Part shown: piece after piece, positions 39,777 to 49,919 of the stretch | Layout: each line of letters opens with the position of its first letter | How positions within the stretch are numbered: position 1 is the stretch's first letter | Assembly (NCBI GenBank): GCA_963662335.2 | Contig: CAXXVD010000001.1 | Span: 160,001 to 224,000, forward strand | Direction: 5' to 3' | From: Chloroflexota bacterium | GTDB lineage: Bacteria; Chloroflexota; UBA11872; VXOZ01 | Length of the DNA: 64,000 nucleotides | Translations under genes and position numbers: made by a program | The notes under the pieces: model-generated | What the model was told of the DNA's origin: nothing | The model's database searches: none | What the model saw: the letters and a program-made list of their open reading frames with translations, nothing else

Positions 39777-40032
39777 AAACTCGTCAAGCCTAAGTCTCCG
39801 AAACGCCCACACCCGCAGTATACTCACTTTGGCGCCACTTGCGGTAGTGGGAGTAGACGCGGTTGTGATTGGGAAAGCAAACAGGCACGTCCTGAAACCC
39901 CACTTGTTCGTCAGATCACTCCATGTCTCCACAAACTGTGCAAGGATGATATAATCCTGCCTGGAATGTAGGGTTGGTAGACGCCTCACATTCTACCACG
40001 CAGGGTTTTGCCAATTGGAAGATAGGTACGCT

Positions 40033-41403
40033 ATGACGACTGTCAACAGTCGCAGCCCTGGGCTGACTGGGGCCCTGGAAGAATTGCAGGACGACTTGGA
40101 AGACCTCGAGCAACTCTTCATCCGCCAGGATGAAACCGCTCGCCGGTCCTTACGGCGCTTGGAGGAGGACGGAGAGGACCTGGCGCGGTTGGCGTCCATG
40201 ATTCCAAAGTGGCAAGAGGAGGTGGACGTCTTCAGGACCCTGCGCTTGGATGATTCCGAGATCTTTCATTCCAATTTCCTCGCCTGGCTGCTGCGCCCTG
40301 AAGAGAATCACGGCCTCGGCGATTACTTTCTCCAGGAGTTTCTTGCCGAAGTCGGCGCCGCCCGCGCCGTTGGCGCCGGCGCCCGGATGAGCACCACGGT
40401 GCGCCGGGAGCAGAATATCGAGCTTGACGGGGGAAGCGGCCGGTTGGACATCTGCATCCTCAATGAGCAGGCCGGATTCCTGTGCGCGGTGGAAAACAAG
40501 ATATGGGCATCGGAAAGCGGAAATCAACTGGCCTACTACCGGAAGGCGCTCAGGGAGCGTTACCCAGACTACACGATTCTCCTGGTGTTTCTCACGCCGA
40601 GTGGAAACAGCCCTGAAGACGCAACGGAAAGGGACTACTGGACTACTTATGACTACTCGCGCATCCGGCAAATCCTTGACCGGACAATCGAGGCGAAAGG
40701 CAACTCGGTTCACGAGGACGTTGCCGCCGCGCTACGTCAATACTCGATCACATTGAGGAGAAATATCGTGCCTGAAGTCAGCGACGACATACACAAGCTG
40801 GCCCGCAAGATCTATCGGAAGCATAAGAAGGCCATCGATCTGATAATCGAGCATCGGGAACAGTACGAGCCCAACTATGTCAAAGAGGGATTCCCCATGG
40901 TGCGCGAGGCGGTCAGCAAGCACGAGGAATGGAAGGAGATCCAGTGCAACTATCCGCATGCCCGGTTTGTCTCCGCCACTTGGGACCGGTACGAGGCGCT
41001 CAATACTGGCATTTTGCCTTACAAACTACTGTACTTTCACGTGGGGGTCACCAACGACGGGGCGGATCTGTCGCTGATATTCAACAAGAGTGGCCCTGAC
41101 GACCTGAAGAAGAGGCTATTCGACTGTGTCGCGGCAAACCCCTCGATCTTCGAGGGATCGCTGCCGGGATACGTCAAAGACGACTACTTCGGGCTGCCCT
41201 TTGGGGTGAGCATACTTGAGAGTTCAGACTACGAGCACTGGTATGACGAGGAGAGGATTCGCAAGGCCATTTCTGACAGACTCGAGGCTTTCTCCAAAGG
41301 CCAGTTCCCTAAGGTCAACAAAATCGTCCTCAATTGCTTGGAGGAGTACCGGAGCGAAGAGGCTCAGTCGGTGGACGGCGAAGAAGCGGAACCTTCCGCT
41401 TGA
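40033..41403 (+). CDS. PD-(D/E)XK nuclease family protein (PDDEXK_4-like)
   Basis: 'EIFHSNFLAWLLRPEENHGLG', 'RREQ', 'RLDICI', 'VENKI', 'NQLAYY', 'VFLTPSG'. Confidence 0.85.
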   Translation: MTTVNSRSPGLTGALEELQDDLEDLEQLFIRQDETARRSLRRLEEDGEDLARLASMIPKWQEEVDVFRTLRLDDSEIFHSNFLAWLLRPEENHGLGDYFLQEFLAEVGAARAVGAGARMSTTVRREQNIELDGGSGRLDICILNEQAGFLCAVENKIWASESGNQLAYYRKALRERYPDYTILLVFLTPSGNSPEDATERDYWTTYDYSRIRQILDRTIEAKGNSVHEDVAAALRQYSITLRRNIVPEVSDDIHKLARKIYRKHKKAIDLIIEHREQYEPNYVKEGFPMVREAVSKHEEWKEIQCNYPHARFVSATWDRYEALNTGILPYKLLYFHVGVTNDGADLSLIFNKSGPDDLKKRLFDCVAANPSIFEGSLPGYVKDDYFGLPFGVSILESSDYEHWYDEERIRKAISDRLEAFSKGQFPKVNKIVLNCLEEYRSEEAQSVDGEEAEPSA

Positions 41404-41458
41404 CGTCAAACAATCGGCGCGCGCTGCCGGCTCAGTAGTTGCGCGATGGCTACGGCAA

Positions 41459-41487
41459 AGAGGCGGGAGGCTTGGCCTCCCGCCTCT
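41459..41487. terminator. Probable bidirectional intrinsic terminator
   Basis: AGAGGCGGGAGGC-TTG-GCCTCCCGCCTCT, a 13 bp stem between convergent genes. Confidence 0.7.
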
Positions 41488-41551
41488 CTTCTTGCCTTCT
41501 TCAGAGCGACTGCTCACTCTCCCGCGATGGGAAAGAACGATCCCGCCGCCG

Positions 41552-42922
41552 CTACTCTTGAATGATGATCGCGTTCAGCAGGTCGGTCGCGGCGCGGCCG
41601 TATTCTTCCGCGGTCATGTTGCCCGCGTTGAACTCATCGTAGACCGGCTTGATTTCGGTGCGCCATTCGCCCCACGTGGTGTAGCGCAGCAGGCCCCAGC
41701 CGGCCGGGCCGCTGTACGCGGACTGGTTGGCGTGGGCAACCGAATCGTAGCCCGTCTCCGCCTTCAGCCTCTCCGCCGGCAGCGTGGAAACCGCCGCCAC
41801 CGGGCTGATGGTGTGGTTCACCGCCAGGGTGTAGCCCACGCTGTTCTCGCCGGACATCATCCACTTCAACACGTTCCAGGCGTGGTCAACCTTATCGCCG
41901 ACGCCCATCAGGATTGCCGGGTACCAGGCGCGGCCGGACTTGTTCGGCGCTTCGCCCGTATACGGCAGGGCAGCGCCGACCACCTCGAATTCCACCGCCG
42001 GCTTGTAGCCGTTGGTAATGTGGAAGCCGACTTTGCCGGTCTGCCAGATGTGCTGTTCGCCTCTGAGGGCGGCGGACTGGTCCGCATTCGGCACGACCTG
42101 GTGCTTATCGCGCAGGTCGCGCCAATACTCTAGCGCCTCGATGAAGACCGGGTGGTCCATGTTGCCGCGCTCTTCTTCCACGTTCCAGCAGAACTCGCCG
42201 AAGTACGTGCCGGTAGCAATGCCGGACACGTTGAACGCGGAGACCCCGCCGGTGTGACCGAACTGTTGATCGCCCTGGGTCATGGCCTTGGCGTACTCCA
42301 GGAACTTGTCCATCGTCCAGGACGCGTCTGCCGGGTCTGCGGAAGGCGCATCAAGCCCGGCGGTGTCGAGCAATTGCTTGTTCATGAGCAGGGCGTCGCA
42401 ATTGCCGGACGCCGGCATGCCCCACAAGGTGCCCTTGTCCAGCCACTGCGTGAGCGTAGCCGGCAAGAAGATCTCGGTGGGAGACAAGCCGTCACGCTTG
42501 AAGAAGTCATCCAACGGCGAGAGCACTTCGGCTTCCGCCAAGTCGAGATAGGAACCCCAACTGCAGCGCAGGAAGTCGATGGGCACGCCGGCCGCCGCGG
42601 CGACCTTGAGCTTCGTCTCCGCTTCGCCAACGCTGGCGAGGTTTTGCAACTCGATCTTGACGTTGGGCGTCTCGGCTTCGTACGTGTCGAAGTACGCGCG
42701 CACCTTCTCCGTGGTGGAAGCCGAATCGCGGGAAAGGTAGATGAGCTGTACCGGCTCCTCTTTCGGGGCCGCTTCGGCCTTGGGCGCGGCCTCTTCCTTG
42801 GCCGGTTCCGCTTCTTCGGTCGTTGCCGCCGGCGCGGCGCCGCAGGCCGCCAGGAAAGCCGCGCCGCCTACCGCCGTTGCCGAGCCAATGAAAGCCCGCC
42901 GTGAAAAACGCTTTGCCAACAT
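41552..42922 (-). CDS. ABC transporter sugar-type solute-binding protein, Tat lipoprotein
   Basis: 'FSRRAFIG...FLAAC', Ala/Glu/Pro linker, 'PLDDFFKRD', 'NKQLLDTAGL', 'WTMDKFLEYAK'. Confidence 0.85.
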   Translation of the reverse strand: MLAKRFSRRAFIGSATAVGGAAFLAACGAAPAATTEEAEPAKEEAAPKAEAAPKEEPVQLIYLSRDSASTTEKVRAYFDTYEAETPNVKIELQNLASVGEAETKLKVAAAAGVPIDFLRCSWGSYLDLAEAEVLSPLDDFFKRDGLSPTEIFLPATLTQWLDKGTLWGMPASGNCDALLMNKQLLDTAGLDAPSADPADASWTMDKFLEYAKAMTQGDQQFGHTGGVSAFNVSGIATGTYFGEFCWNVEEERGNMDHPVFIEALEYWRDLRDKHQVVPNADQSAALRGEQHIWQTGKVGFHITNGYKPAVEFEVVGAALPYTGEAPNKSGRAWYPAILMGVGDKVDHAWNVLKWMMSGENSVGYTLAVNHTISPVAAVSTLPAERLKAETGYDSVAHANQSAYSGPAGWGLLRYTTWGEWRTEIKPVYDEFNAGNMTAEEYGRAATDLLNAIIIQE

Positions 42923-43139
42923 GAGAATTCACTCCTCTCCATGTTGCTGCTCTGAGGTATGCGCCACAAATGAAGCTCTATCGTTACCTGCGCGCACCCC
43001 TTTTTCCCGACTAATGCTGCCTTATAGGTTGCAGTAACGCGCTGCGGTCGTCAAGCAGTGGGGGAGAAAGACCCTGGGGGTGCGTGACATGAGCGGGCGG
43101 CTCTCACGGCAAGCCGGGCGGGCGCGGAGAACACGCGAC

Positions 43140-44288
43140 CTAGCGCTGCGCCAGCGGCGTCCAGCGGCGGTCTTTCGGGCCCGTGTATACGGACGAAGGC
43201 CGGATGAGGCGATTATGCGCCAGTTGCTCCAGGCAATGGGCCGACCAGCCGCCCACGCGGCCCACGGCAAACGTGGGCGTAAAGAGTTCGGCGGAGAGGC
43301 CGACGCCGTGCAGCACCAGCGCCGTGTAATACTCCAGGTTCGTCTGCAAGTTGCGGCCCGGCTTGTATTCCTCCAGCAGGCGCAGCGCCGTCTCCTCCAC
43401 CGCCCGTGCCAGGTCGTAGAGGGTGCGGTCGCCGGCCTGTTCGTAGAGCCGTTCCGCCGCCTGCGAGAGCACGTCGGCGCGCGGATCGCGCACCTTGTAG
43501 ACCCGGTGGCCGAAGCCCATCAGGCGCTCGCCGCGGTCGAGGCGTGCGCGGATATTCTGTTCGGCTTTGTCCGCCGTGCCGATCTCGAAGACCATGTCCA
43601 ACGCCGGGCCGGGCGCGCCGCCGTGGGCCGGGCCTTTCAATGCGCCCACCGAGCCGGTGATAGCGGAGTAGAGGTCCGATTCCGTCGAGACGATTACGCG
43701 CCCGGTGAAGGTGGAAGCGTTCATGCCGTGGTCCATGGCCGTAACGAGGTAGGTATCCATGGCGCGCACGAAGTCGGAATGCGGCTCATTGCCCGTTAGC
43801 ATATAGAGATAATTGGCGGCGTGGCCGTATTCATCCCGGGGCGCCACGACGCTCTTGCCTTCCCGGATGCGGACGTAGTGCGCCACGATCACGGGAAACG
43901 CCGCGCAGATCTTCTCCGCGCGGCGAAGCTGCCCCGCCGGGCTCGTGTCGTCGGGATTGGCGTCGCCCAGGGAAAGCGTGGCGCAGGCCATGCGCAGCGC
44001 GTCGATGACCGGCGCGTTTCTGGCGGCGGCGGCTTCCAGCACGTGCCGGGTCGTGCGGGGCAACTCCTGCCCGCCCCGGAACCGGGTCTTCAGGTCGGCC
44101 AGTTCTTGCGCGTTCGGCAAGCGGTCGTGCCACAGGAGAAAGGCGGCCTCCTCGAAAGTCGCGTTGGGCGCGAGTTCCATGAGCGGATGTCCGCCGATGA
44201 AGAGTTCGCCGGCGAGACCGTCCACGTAACTGAGCCGCGTTTCGGCGGCGGCGACACCTTCCAGGCCGGGGATTACTTTGGTAGACAT
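43140..44288 (-). CDS. Citrate/2-methylcitrate synthase
   Basis: 'GLEGV', 'DHGMNASTF', 'GPAHGGA', 'GFGHRVYKVRDPRA', 'NLEYY', 'LIRP'. Confidence 0.94.
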   Translation of the reverse strand: MSTKVIPGLEGVAAAETRLSYVDGLAGELFIGGHPLMELAPNATFEEAAFLLWHDRLPNAQELADLKTRFRGGQELPRTTRHVLEAAAARNAPVIDALRMACATLSLGDANPDDTSPAGQLRRAEKICAAFPVIVAHYVRIREGKSVVAPRDEYGHAANYLYMLTGNEPHSDFVRAMDTYLVTAMDHGMNASTFTGRVIVSTESDLYSAITGSVGALKGPAHGGAPGPALDMVFEIGTADKAEQNIRARLDRGERLMGFGHRVYKVRDPRADVLSQAAERLYEQAGDRTLYDLARAVEETALRLLEEYKPGRNLQTNLEYYTALVLHGVGLSAELFTPTFAVGRVGGWSAHCLEQLAHNRLIRPSSVYTGPKDRRWTPLAQR

Positions 44289-44508
44289 AACTGAGCCGCT
44301 CTCCCTTCACTGAAACCGGCGGCGTCTCCGCCGCCCGCGAACGCATTCCCAATCCCGGAACCCCGGCACCGGCGAGCAGCGCCGCGCTTGCTCCGGTTGG
44401 AATAGAGACTTTCGCTTCTCAGACTATGGTGTGTCGAAGACGTACGTCCGCTATCCCCCACCGCGGATAGCCTCCCTTAGTATAGCAAGCCGCCGGGAAA
44501 ACTTCCGC

Positions 44509-47100
44509 CTACGGCGCGCTCCCGGCCGCGCCGCCGCTGTTTTGCGCATCCCCGCTGTTCTGCGCGGCTTCGGTATTCTGAATTGCAAACGTCACCGTCT
44601 GCACTCGCTGCTGTCCGGCCGTGTCCTGCGCCGTCAGGCGCACCGTGTACACGCCGTCGGGATTTTGGATCGTATCCCACGCGCCAAGCACGGCGTTCGC
44701 CCGCGGCTCCGTGGAGTAGGTGATCCGCACCCATTGGTCCGGGTTTTCCCGCCCGGCGTACGCAACCTCGTAGGAGTGGAAGCCTGGGAAGAACGCATTG
44801 CCGCGAATTTCCAGAATGCTGCGCACCGTGTCGCCTTCGCGGGGATGGATGATGACTACCGGGTCGTCCGGCGGGACGTTGTACTCCTCGGTCGGCGCGA
44901 TTTCCACTTCCTCCTCCTCTTCCGCCCAGGCTTCCGCCCCTTCCGGCAAGACCATGAACACCTTGACCTCGGTCTGGGACTCGGGCACGTTCGGGCCGGC
45001 GCGCAGACCGCTCTCCTTGTGCACGCGGAACGGCACGAAGATGTTATCCACCAAACGCGGCGTATTCTCCTCCAGGAAGATCTCTTCGTACGTTGGGCCG
45101 CAGTGGGGCGTGGGCAGCATACCGGTCCGCGTGCACACTTCTACCTCCACCATGCCGATTGGCCTGGCAAAGTCCACGACCCGCGTCTCCGCGAGCGCGG
45201 CCTCCATAAATGCGTTCCAGATAGGGGTAGCGCCGCGCATACCGGTGAGATTCCACGTCGGCGTGCCGTCGGAATTGCCCACCCAGACGCCGGCGACAAG
45301 CTGCGGCGTGTAGCCAATCGTCCAGCCGTCCCGGTTGTCGTCGGTGGTGCCCGTCTTCGCCGCGGCGGGACGGGAAAGGTCAAGCGGCGTGTACGGCCCA
45401 AACTCCGCGGCGCGGGTCTCGCTATCGGCGAGAATGTTGGTGACCTGGAACGCGATGCGCGGATCGAACACCTCAGTCACGGTAGGCAGTTCGGCGCGTT
45501 GCAACTCGTTGCCGTAGGTATCGACCACCCGGCGAATTGCCGTAACCGGCACGTAGTTGCCGCCCCGCGCCAGTACCGCGTAGGCGTTCGTGAGTTCCAG
45601 CAACTTCACCTCCCCGCCGCCCAGCACGATGCTGGGCCCAAAGCGGCTGCGGTCCGCGAACGTGGTCATGCCCACGCTCTGCATGGTGTCGATGGCCGTT
45701 TCCAATCCCAGGAAGAGGCCCATGCGCACCGCGGCCACGTTGAACGAGTTGGCGAGAGCATGGCGCGCGGTGACCGGCCCCCTGAACTCGCCGCTGAAAT
45801 TGCGCGGTTCGTAGTCGTCCTCGCCTTCGATCTCGATCGTCAAGGGGACGTCCCAAATCGTGGTGGCGGGAGTCCAGCCTTTGGCAAAGGCCGCCGCGTA
45901 GAAGAGCGGCTTGAGGGCCGAACCCGGCTGGCGCGGCGCCAACGCCACGTTCACCTGGCCGTCGATTTCTTCATCGTGAAAGTCCAGGCTGCCGACCATG
46001 GTGAGAATTTCGCCGCTGCGGGGCAAGAGCGCCACCACCGCGGCATTGGTGACGTTGAACCCCGCCAGCGACGCGACGTGCTCCCGCGCGATCTCTTCCG
46101 CCGCGTTCTGCAAGTTCAGGTCCAGCGTGGTATAGACGTGCAGACCGCCCTGGCGCACCCGCTCGGCCCCGTATTGGGCCGCCAGTTGCTCGCGCACGAA
46201 TTGCACGAAGTGCGGGGCCAGGACCGCGCCCTGCTCCTCTTCTTCCTCGGCGGCGGCCGGCGCTGCTTGCAGGCGCGTGTATTCCAGCGGTCGCGCGAAC
46301 GCCTCTTCCATCTCGGCTTGCGAAATGTAACCGGCCACCACCATCTGTTCCAGCACGTACCGCTGGCGGAACTTGGCTCTTTCCTCGTTCTGGTAGGGAT
46401 TGTCCCGCGAGGGCGACGCGGTCAGACCGGCAAGCATCGCCGCCTCCGGCAGCGTAAGCTCGCCCGCGCTCTTGCCAAAGTACACTCTGGCCGCGGCCTC
46501 GATGCCGTAGGCCTGGCTGCCGTAGTAGACCTTGTTGAGGTAGAAGGCGAGGATAGAGTCCCGGCTGAACTGCGCGGTAAGGCGGGCGGCGAGATTGACC
46601 TCCCTCAGCTTGCGCTCATAGGTCTGCTCCGGCGTGAGGCAGATGCCCTTGATGAGTTGCTGGGTAATCGTGCTGCCTCCGGAGACCACTTCCCCGGCCT
46701 GCTGATTCTGCACGAACGCGCGCGATATGGCCCGCACGTCGTACCCGGGGTGCTGGTAGAAGAAACGGTCTTCGGCCGCGACGGTTGCCTGCTTGACGAG
46801 CGGCGGGATGTCCTCGACCGCAAGGACGATGCGCAGCCCCTCGTCCGGATCGGAAATGGCGGCGAGCAACGTGCCGTGCCGGTCGTAGATGTAGCTTGTC
46901 GCGGGCAGCGCCTCACCGCGGATCTTGTCGAGACACGCGGCATAGTCCGCGTCGGTCACCACGTTGCCGCCCGGGGCCGCCTGCGCGCCGCAGGCCGCCG
47001 CCAGCATTATCGCGCACAGCAGAAGCGCGAGCGCCATCTGCCGCCGCGCGCCGCCCCGCGCGCTCCATGCTGAGGCCGGTTGCCGGATCACTCCGCGCAT
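44509..47100 (-). CDS. Class A penicillin-binding protein (transglycosylase/transpeptidase) with C-terminal Ig-like domain
   Basis: 'EDRFFYQHPG', 'GGSTITQQL', 'RKLRE'; SxxK 'SALK', SxN 'SFN', 'KTGT'. Confidence 0.94.
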   Translation of the reverse strand: MRGVIRQPASAWSARGGARRQMALALLLCAIMLAAACGAQAAPGGNVVTDADYAACLDKIRGEALPATSYIYDRHGTLLAAISDPDEGLRIVLAVEDIPPLVKQATVAAEDRFFYQHPGYDVRAISRAFVQNQQAGEVVSGGSTITQQLIKGICLTPEQTYERKLREVNLAARLTAQFSRDSILAFYLNKVYYGSQAYGIEAAARVYFGKSAGELTLPEAAMLAGLTASPSRDNPYQNEERAKFRQRYVLEQMVVAGYISQAEMEEAFARPLEYTRLQAAPAAAEEEEEQGAVLAPHFVQFVREQLAAQYGAERVRQGGLHVYTTLDLNLQNAAEEIAREHVASLAGFNVTNAAVVALLPRSGEILTMVGSLDFHDEEIDGQVNVALAPRQPGSALKPLFYAAAFAKGWTPATTIWDVPLTIEIEGEDDYEPRNFSGEFRGPVTARHALANSFNVAAVRMGLFLGLETAIDTMQSVGMTTFADRSRFGPSIVLGGGEVKLLELTNAYAVLARGGNYVPVTAIRRVVDTYGNELQRAELPTVTEVFDPRIAFQVTNILADSETRAAEFGPYTPLDLSRPAAAKTGTTDDNRDGWTIGYTPQLVAGVWVGNSDGTPTWNLTGMRGATPIWNAFMEAALAETRVVDFARPIGMVEVEVCTRTGMLPTPHCGPTYEEIFLEENTPRLVDNIFVPFRVHKESGLRAGPNVPESQTEVKVFMVLPEGAEAWAEEEEEVEIAPTEEYNVPPDDPVVIIHPREGDTVRSILEIRGNAFFPGFHSYEVAYAGRENPDQWVRITYSTEPRANAVLGAWDTIQNPDGVYTVRLTAQDTAGQQRVQTVTFAIQNTEAAQNSGDAQNSGGAAGSAP

Positions 47101-47275
47101 GAGACCTCCTCTGCATCTCGGCTAAAGTCACGGGAGAACACGCGATGTTTCCCGCAAACGACCGTTTTCGCCCTCATTGAGTCAATCTTACATGAGAAGA
47201 GACTCGAAGACTCAGAAGTGGGCGCATGACGTACGCAAAGCGTGTCATTGCTTTGAAAATAGCGCGACGGAATCC

Positions 47276-47510
47276 GTCATTCCCGCGAAAGCGGGAATCC
47301 ACTGCGTGCGCGGCGAAGATGGATTCCCGCTTTCGCGGGAATGACGGACATGAGGCTGACCTACATTTACCATGAAAATAGCGCAACCAAGCCGTTCGCC
47401 CTGAGCGACGTCGAAGGGTGAACGGCGGATTGAGCGTGTAGCAAATCCGCACGCGCCTCTCTCCGTTCATACTTCGACAGGGGCTTCGCGCAGCACTCAG
47501 CACGAACGGA
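47276..47510. repeat. Cluster of palindromic repeats
   Basis: GTCATTCCCGCGAAAGCGGGAATCCA...TGGATTCCCGCTTTCGCGGGAATGAC (47276-47345), followed by CCGTTCGCCCTGAGC..GTCGAAGG and CTTCGACAGG..CTCAGCACGAACGG arms. Confidence 0.8.
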
Positions 47511-47725
47511 GAGAAGGGCGATCACTCTTTACTCCCTTGTGCGGCCGGCGGGCGGCCATGGTGATTGCTCTGAAGATAGGCGCTCATACCGTTTGCCCCC
47601 GTATCACGTACGGGGCAGGCTTGGGAAGAGAAGCTACTGCCTCAGGCAAGACGCGTAGTATGGTATTGTTGGGGTAAGGCGTTGACACAACAGCGGCGGA
47701 CTGCCGGAGGCAGGGAGCGCCCCAC

Positions 47726-48628
47726 ATGAGGCAAGCGCGAGCACGGCGAAAGCAAGGCGGCACCACGCGCCGCGAGGCCCTCCGCCAACTCTTTGGCGGC
47801 GCGGCCGCGCTGCCTATGACGCGGTTGCGCTCCGCGCCCGCCCAGGCCGCAGCCGGCAGTGAGAACTCGTTCCTGGGCTGGCACGCGGACGCCGAGGAGC
47901 CAACCGCGCCGCCGGTTGTCGCCCCGCCCGCGGTCTGGCAGCCGCCGTACCGGTACGAACCGGCACTACCAAACAACGCGGTCGTCTTGCCCATACTCAT
48001 GTATCACCGCGCCACGTTGCCGCGTCTCTTCGAAGCCCAACTGGCCGGCATGCTCACCGCCGGCTACCGGCCGCTCTCCTTGCACAGCGCGCTGCGGGGA
48101 CTGCGCGGAGACGCAGAGCTCCCCGAGAAGCCGATTGTGCTCACGTTCGACGACGGCTGGAACGTCCAGTTCAAGGGGGTGTTTCCTGTGCTAATCCAGT
48201 ACAAGGTGCCGGCGGCGTTCTTCGTGATGCCGGGATTCCATGAGCGGCAAGACGGGTACATGGACTGGGACCAACTCGCCGCCATCGTGGACGCCGGGCT
48301 GGACGTGGAATCGCACACCCTCAATCACGCCGACCTGCCCCGGCTGGCAAAGACGGATTGGGGCGCGGTGTTGGCGGAGGTTGTGATTTCCAAGCAACTC
48401 CTGGAGGAGCGGCTCGGCCGCGCGACGCGCTTCTTCGACTACCCCCTTGGCCGCCAGAATGCGAAGATTCGGCAGGTGGTGCAGGAAGCCGGCTACGAGG
48501 CTGCCGTCATGATCGGGCCCGGCGTGCACCAATCGGTGGAATCCCTCTACATGATGCGCCGCATCCGCGTCGAGGCCTGGGAACCGTGGCCGAGCGTACA
48601 ACACCAACTCAACTGGTACGGCGCGTGA
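47726..48628 (+). CDS. Polysaccharide deacetylase with Tat-like signal
   Basis: 'TTRREAL' signal; 'PILMYH', 'LTFDDG', 'ESHTLNH', 'YPLG'. Confidence 0.88.
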   Translation: MRQARARRKQGGTTRREALRQLFGGAAALPMTRLRSAPAQAAAGSENSFLGWHADAEEPTAPPVVAPPAVWQPPYRYEPALPNNAVVLPILMYHRATLPRLFEAQLAGMLTAGYRPLSLHSALRGLRGDAELPEKPIVLTFDDGWNVQFKGVFPVLIQYKVPAAFFVMPGFHERQDGYMDWDQLAAIVDAGLDVESHTLNHADLPRLAKTDWGAVLAEVVISKQLLEERLGRATRFFDYPLGRQNAKIRQVVQEAGYEAAVMIGPGVHQSVESLYMMRRIRVEAWEPWPSVQHQLNWYGA

Positions 48629-48633
48629 GGCGG

Positions 48634-49794
48634 TCAGAGGACTTGCCCCCGGCGCAGAATAGTGTCGGGACTCTCCGGATCGCCGTGCACGGTCTCCCGC
48701 GCCGGAAACCGCGCGTAGCGCGCCAGCTTCTCCCGGTCCAGCGTCGCGCCCAAGCCGGGCGCGTCGGGTATGCGCAGCGTACCGCCCGCGAAGGGCAAGA
48801 GCGGCGCGATCACGTCGTCCTCCTGAATTGGGTAGTGCGTGTCGTTGGCGAGCGCGAAACTGCGGTGGCTGGCGATGAGGTGCGCGCCCGCCAGCGTGCC
48901 GATGCCCAGTTCCGCCCACGTGCCCAGCACGCAGGTGATGCCGGACTGGTAGGCAATATCGGCAATCTGCCGCGACTTGAGCAAGCCGCCGGCCTCAGAG
49001 ACGTAGATGACGAACACGCCGCACGCCTGTTTCTGCGCCAGTTGCAGCGCGTCCAGCACCGTCTTGCAACTCTCGTCGGCGGCCACCGGCGTTTCCACCG
49101 CCCGCGCCACCTGCGCCATGCCGTCGAAGTCGCGGTCGGTGACCGGCTGCTCCACGTATTCCAGGCCGTACGGCTCCATGGCGCGGATGGCCTTGATCGC
49201 CGTGGGCACGCTCCAGCCCTGGTTGGCGTCGATGCGAATGCGCACGTCGGGGCCCACCGCTTCGCGAATCGCGGCGATGCTGGCCGCGTCCTGCGCGATG
49301 CTGCGCCCCACCTTGACTTTCAGCGTGCGGAATCCCCGCTCCACGTACGCCTTGGCCTTGACCGCGTTCCGTTCCGGCGTATCGATGAAGAGGTAGCCCA
49401 TGTACTCCACGGCGTCCCGGTAGCGGCCGCCCAGCAGGTCGCAGACGCTGGCGCCAAAGTGCTTGGCCTTGATGTCCAGCAGCGCCATTTCCAGGCCCGC
49501 GATCGCGTGGTTGCCGGTGCGAAACCAGTGGATGGCGTGTTCGTCCATGCGGTGGAGCAGGAACTCGGTGCGCAGCGGGTCCTGGCCCACGAGCAACGGC
49601 CGCAGTTCCGCGTCCACGGCGGCGCGAATAACCGGGATGTGCGGCCCGGCGCACTCGCCGAGGCCGACGATGCCGGCGTCCGTCTCGATCTCCACCACCA
49701 GCGCCGGGGCCGTGCCTCGCGTGCCGCCCGACCACTTCACCGGCTCGCTGAGCGGCACGCGCACGGCGGTGGTCTTGACATCGGTGATCTTCAT
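48634..49794 (-). CDS. Mandelate racemase/muconate lactonizing enzyme family protein
   Basis: 'LKVKVG' (KxK), 'IDANQGW', 'VEQP', 'ADES', 'PGLG'. Confidence 0.92.
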   Translation of the reverse strand: MKITDVKTTAVRVPLSEPVKWSGGTRGTAPALVVEIETDAGIVGLGECAGPHIPVIRAAVDAELRPLLVGQDPLRTEFLLHRMDEHAIHWFRTGNHAIAGLEMALLDIKAKHFGASVCDLLGGRYRDAVEYMGYLFIDTPERNAVKAKAYVERGFRTLKVKVGRSIAQDAASIAAIREAVGPDVRIRIDANQGWSVPTAIKAIRAMEPYGLEYVEQPVTDRDFDGMAQVARAVETPVAADESCKTVLDALQLAQKQACGVFVIYVSEAGGLLKSRQIADIAYQSGITCVLGTWAELGIGTLAGAHLIASHRSFALANDTHYPIQEDDVIAPLLPFAGGTLRIPDAPGLGATLDREKLARYARFPARETVHGDPESPDTILRRGQVL

Positions 49795-49919
49795 AGAGCG
49801 TTTGTCCCGGCACTGATGCTATGCGCGCCGAAATTGACGAGCAGCCACGCACAGCCTACCATGATTCCTACCACTTTGTAGGCAGAACGCCGCAGCCGCA
49901 ACGGAAAGCAGCATTCGCT

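Noticed and set aside
44431-47073. 880 aa plus-strand ORF and similar long antisense ORFs (e.g. 9143-10594, 48358-49881, 58682-60133)
   Set aside because: Shadow frames opposite well-supported genes in high-GC DNA; no motifs.
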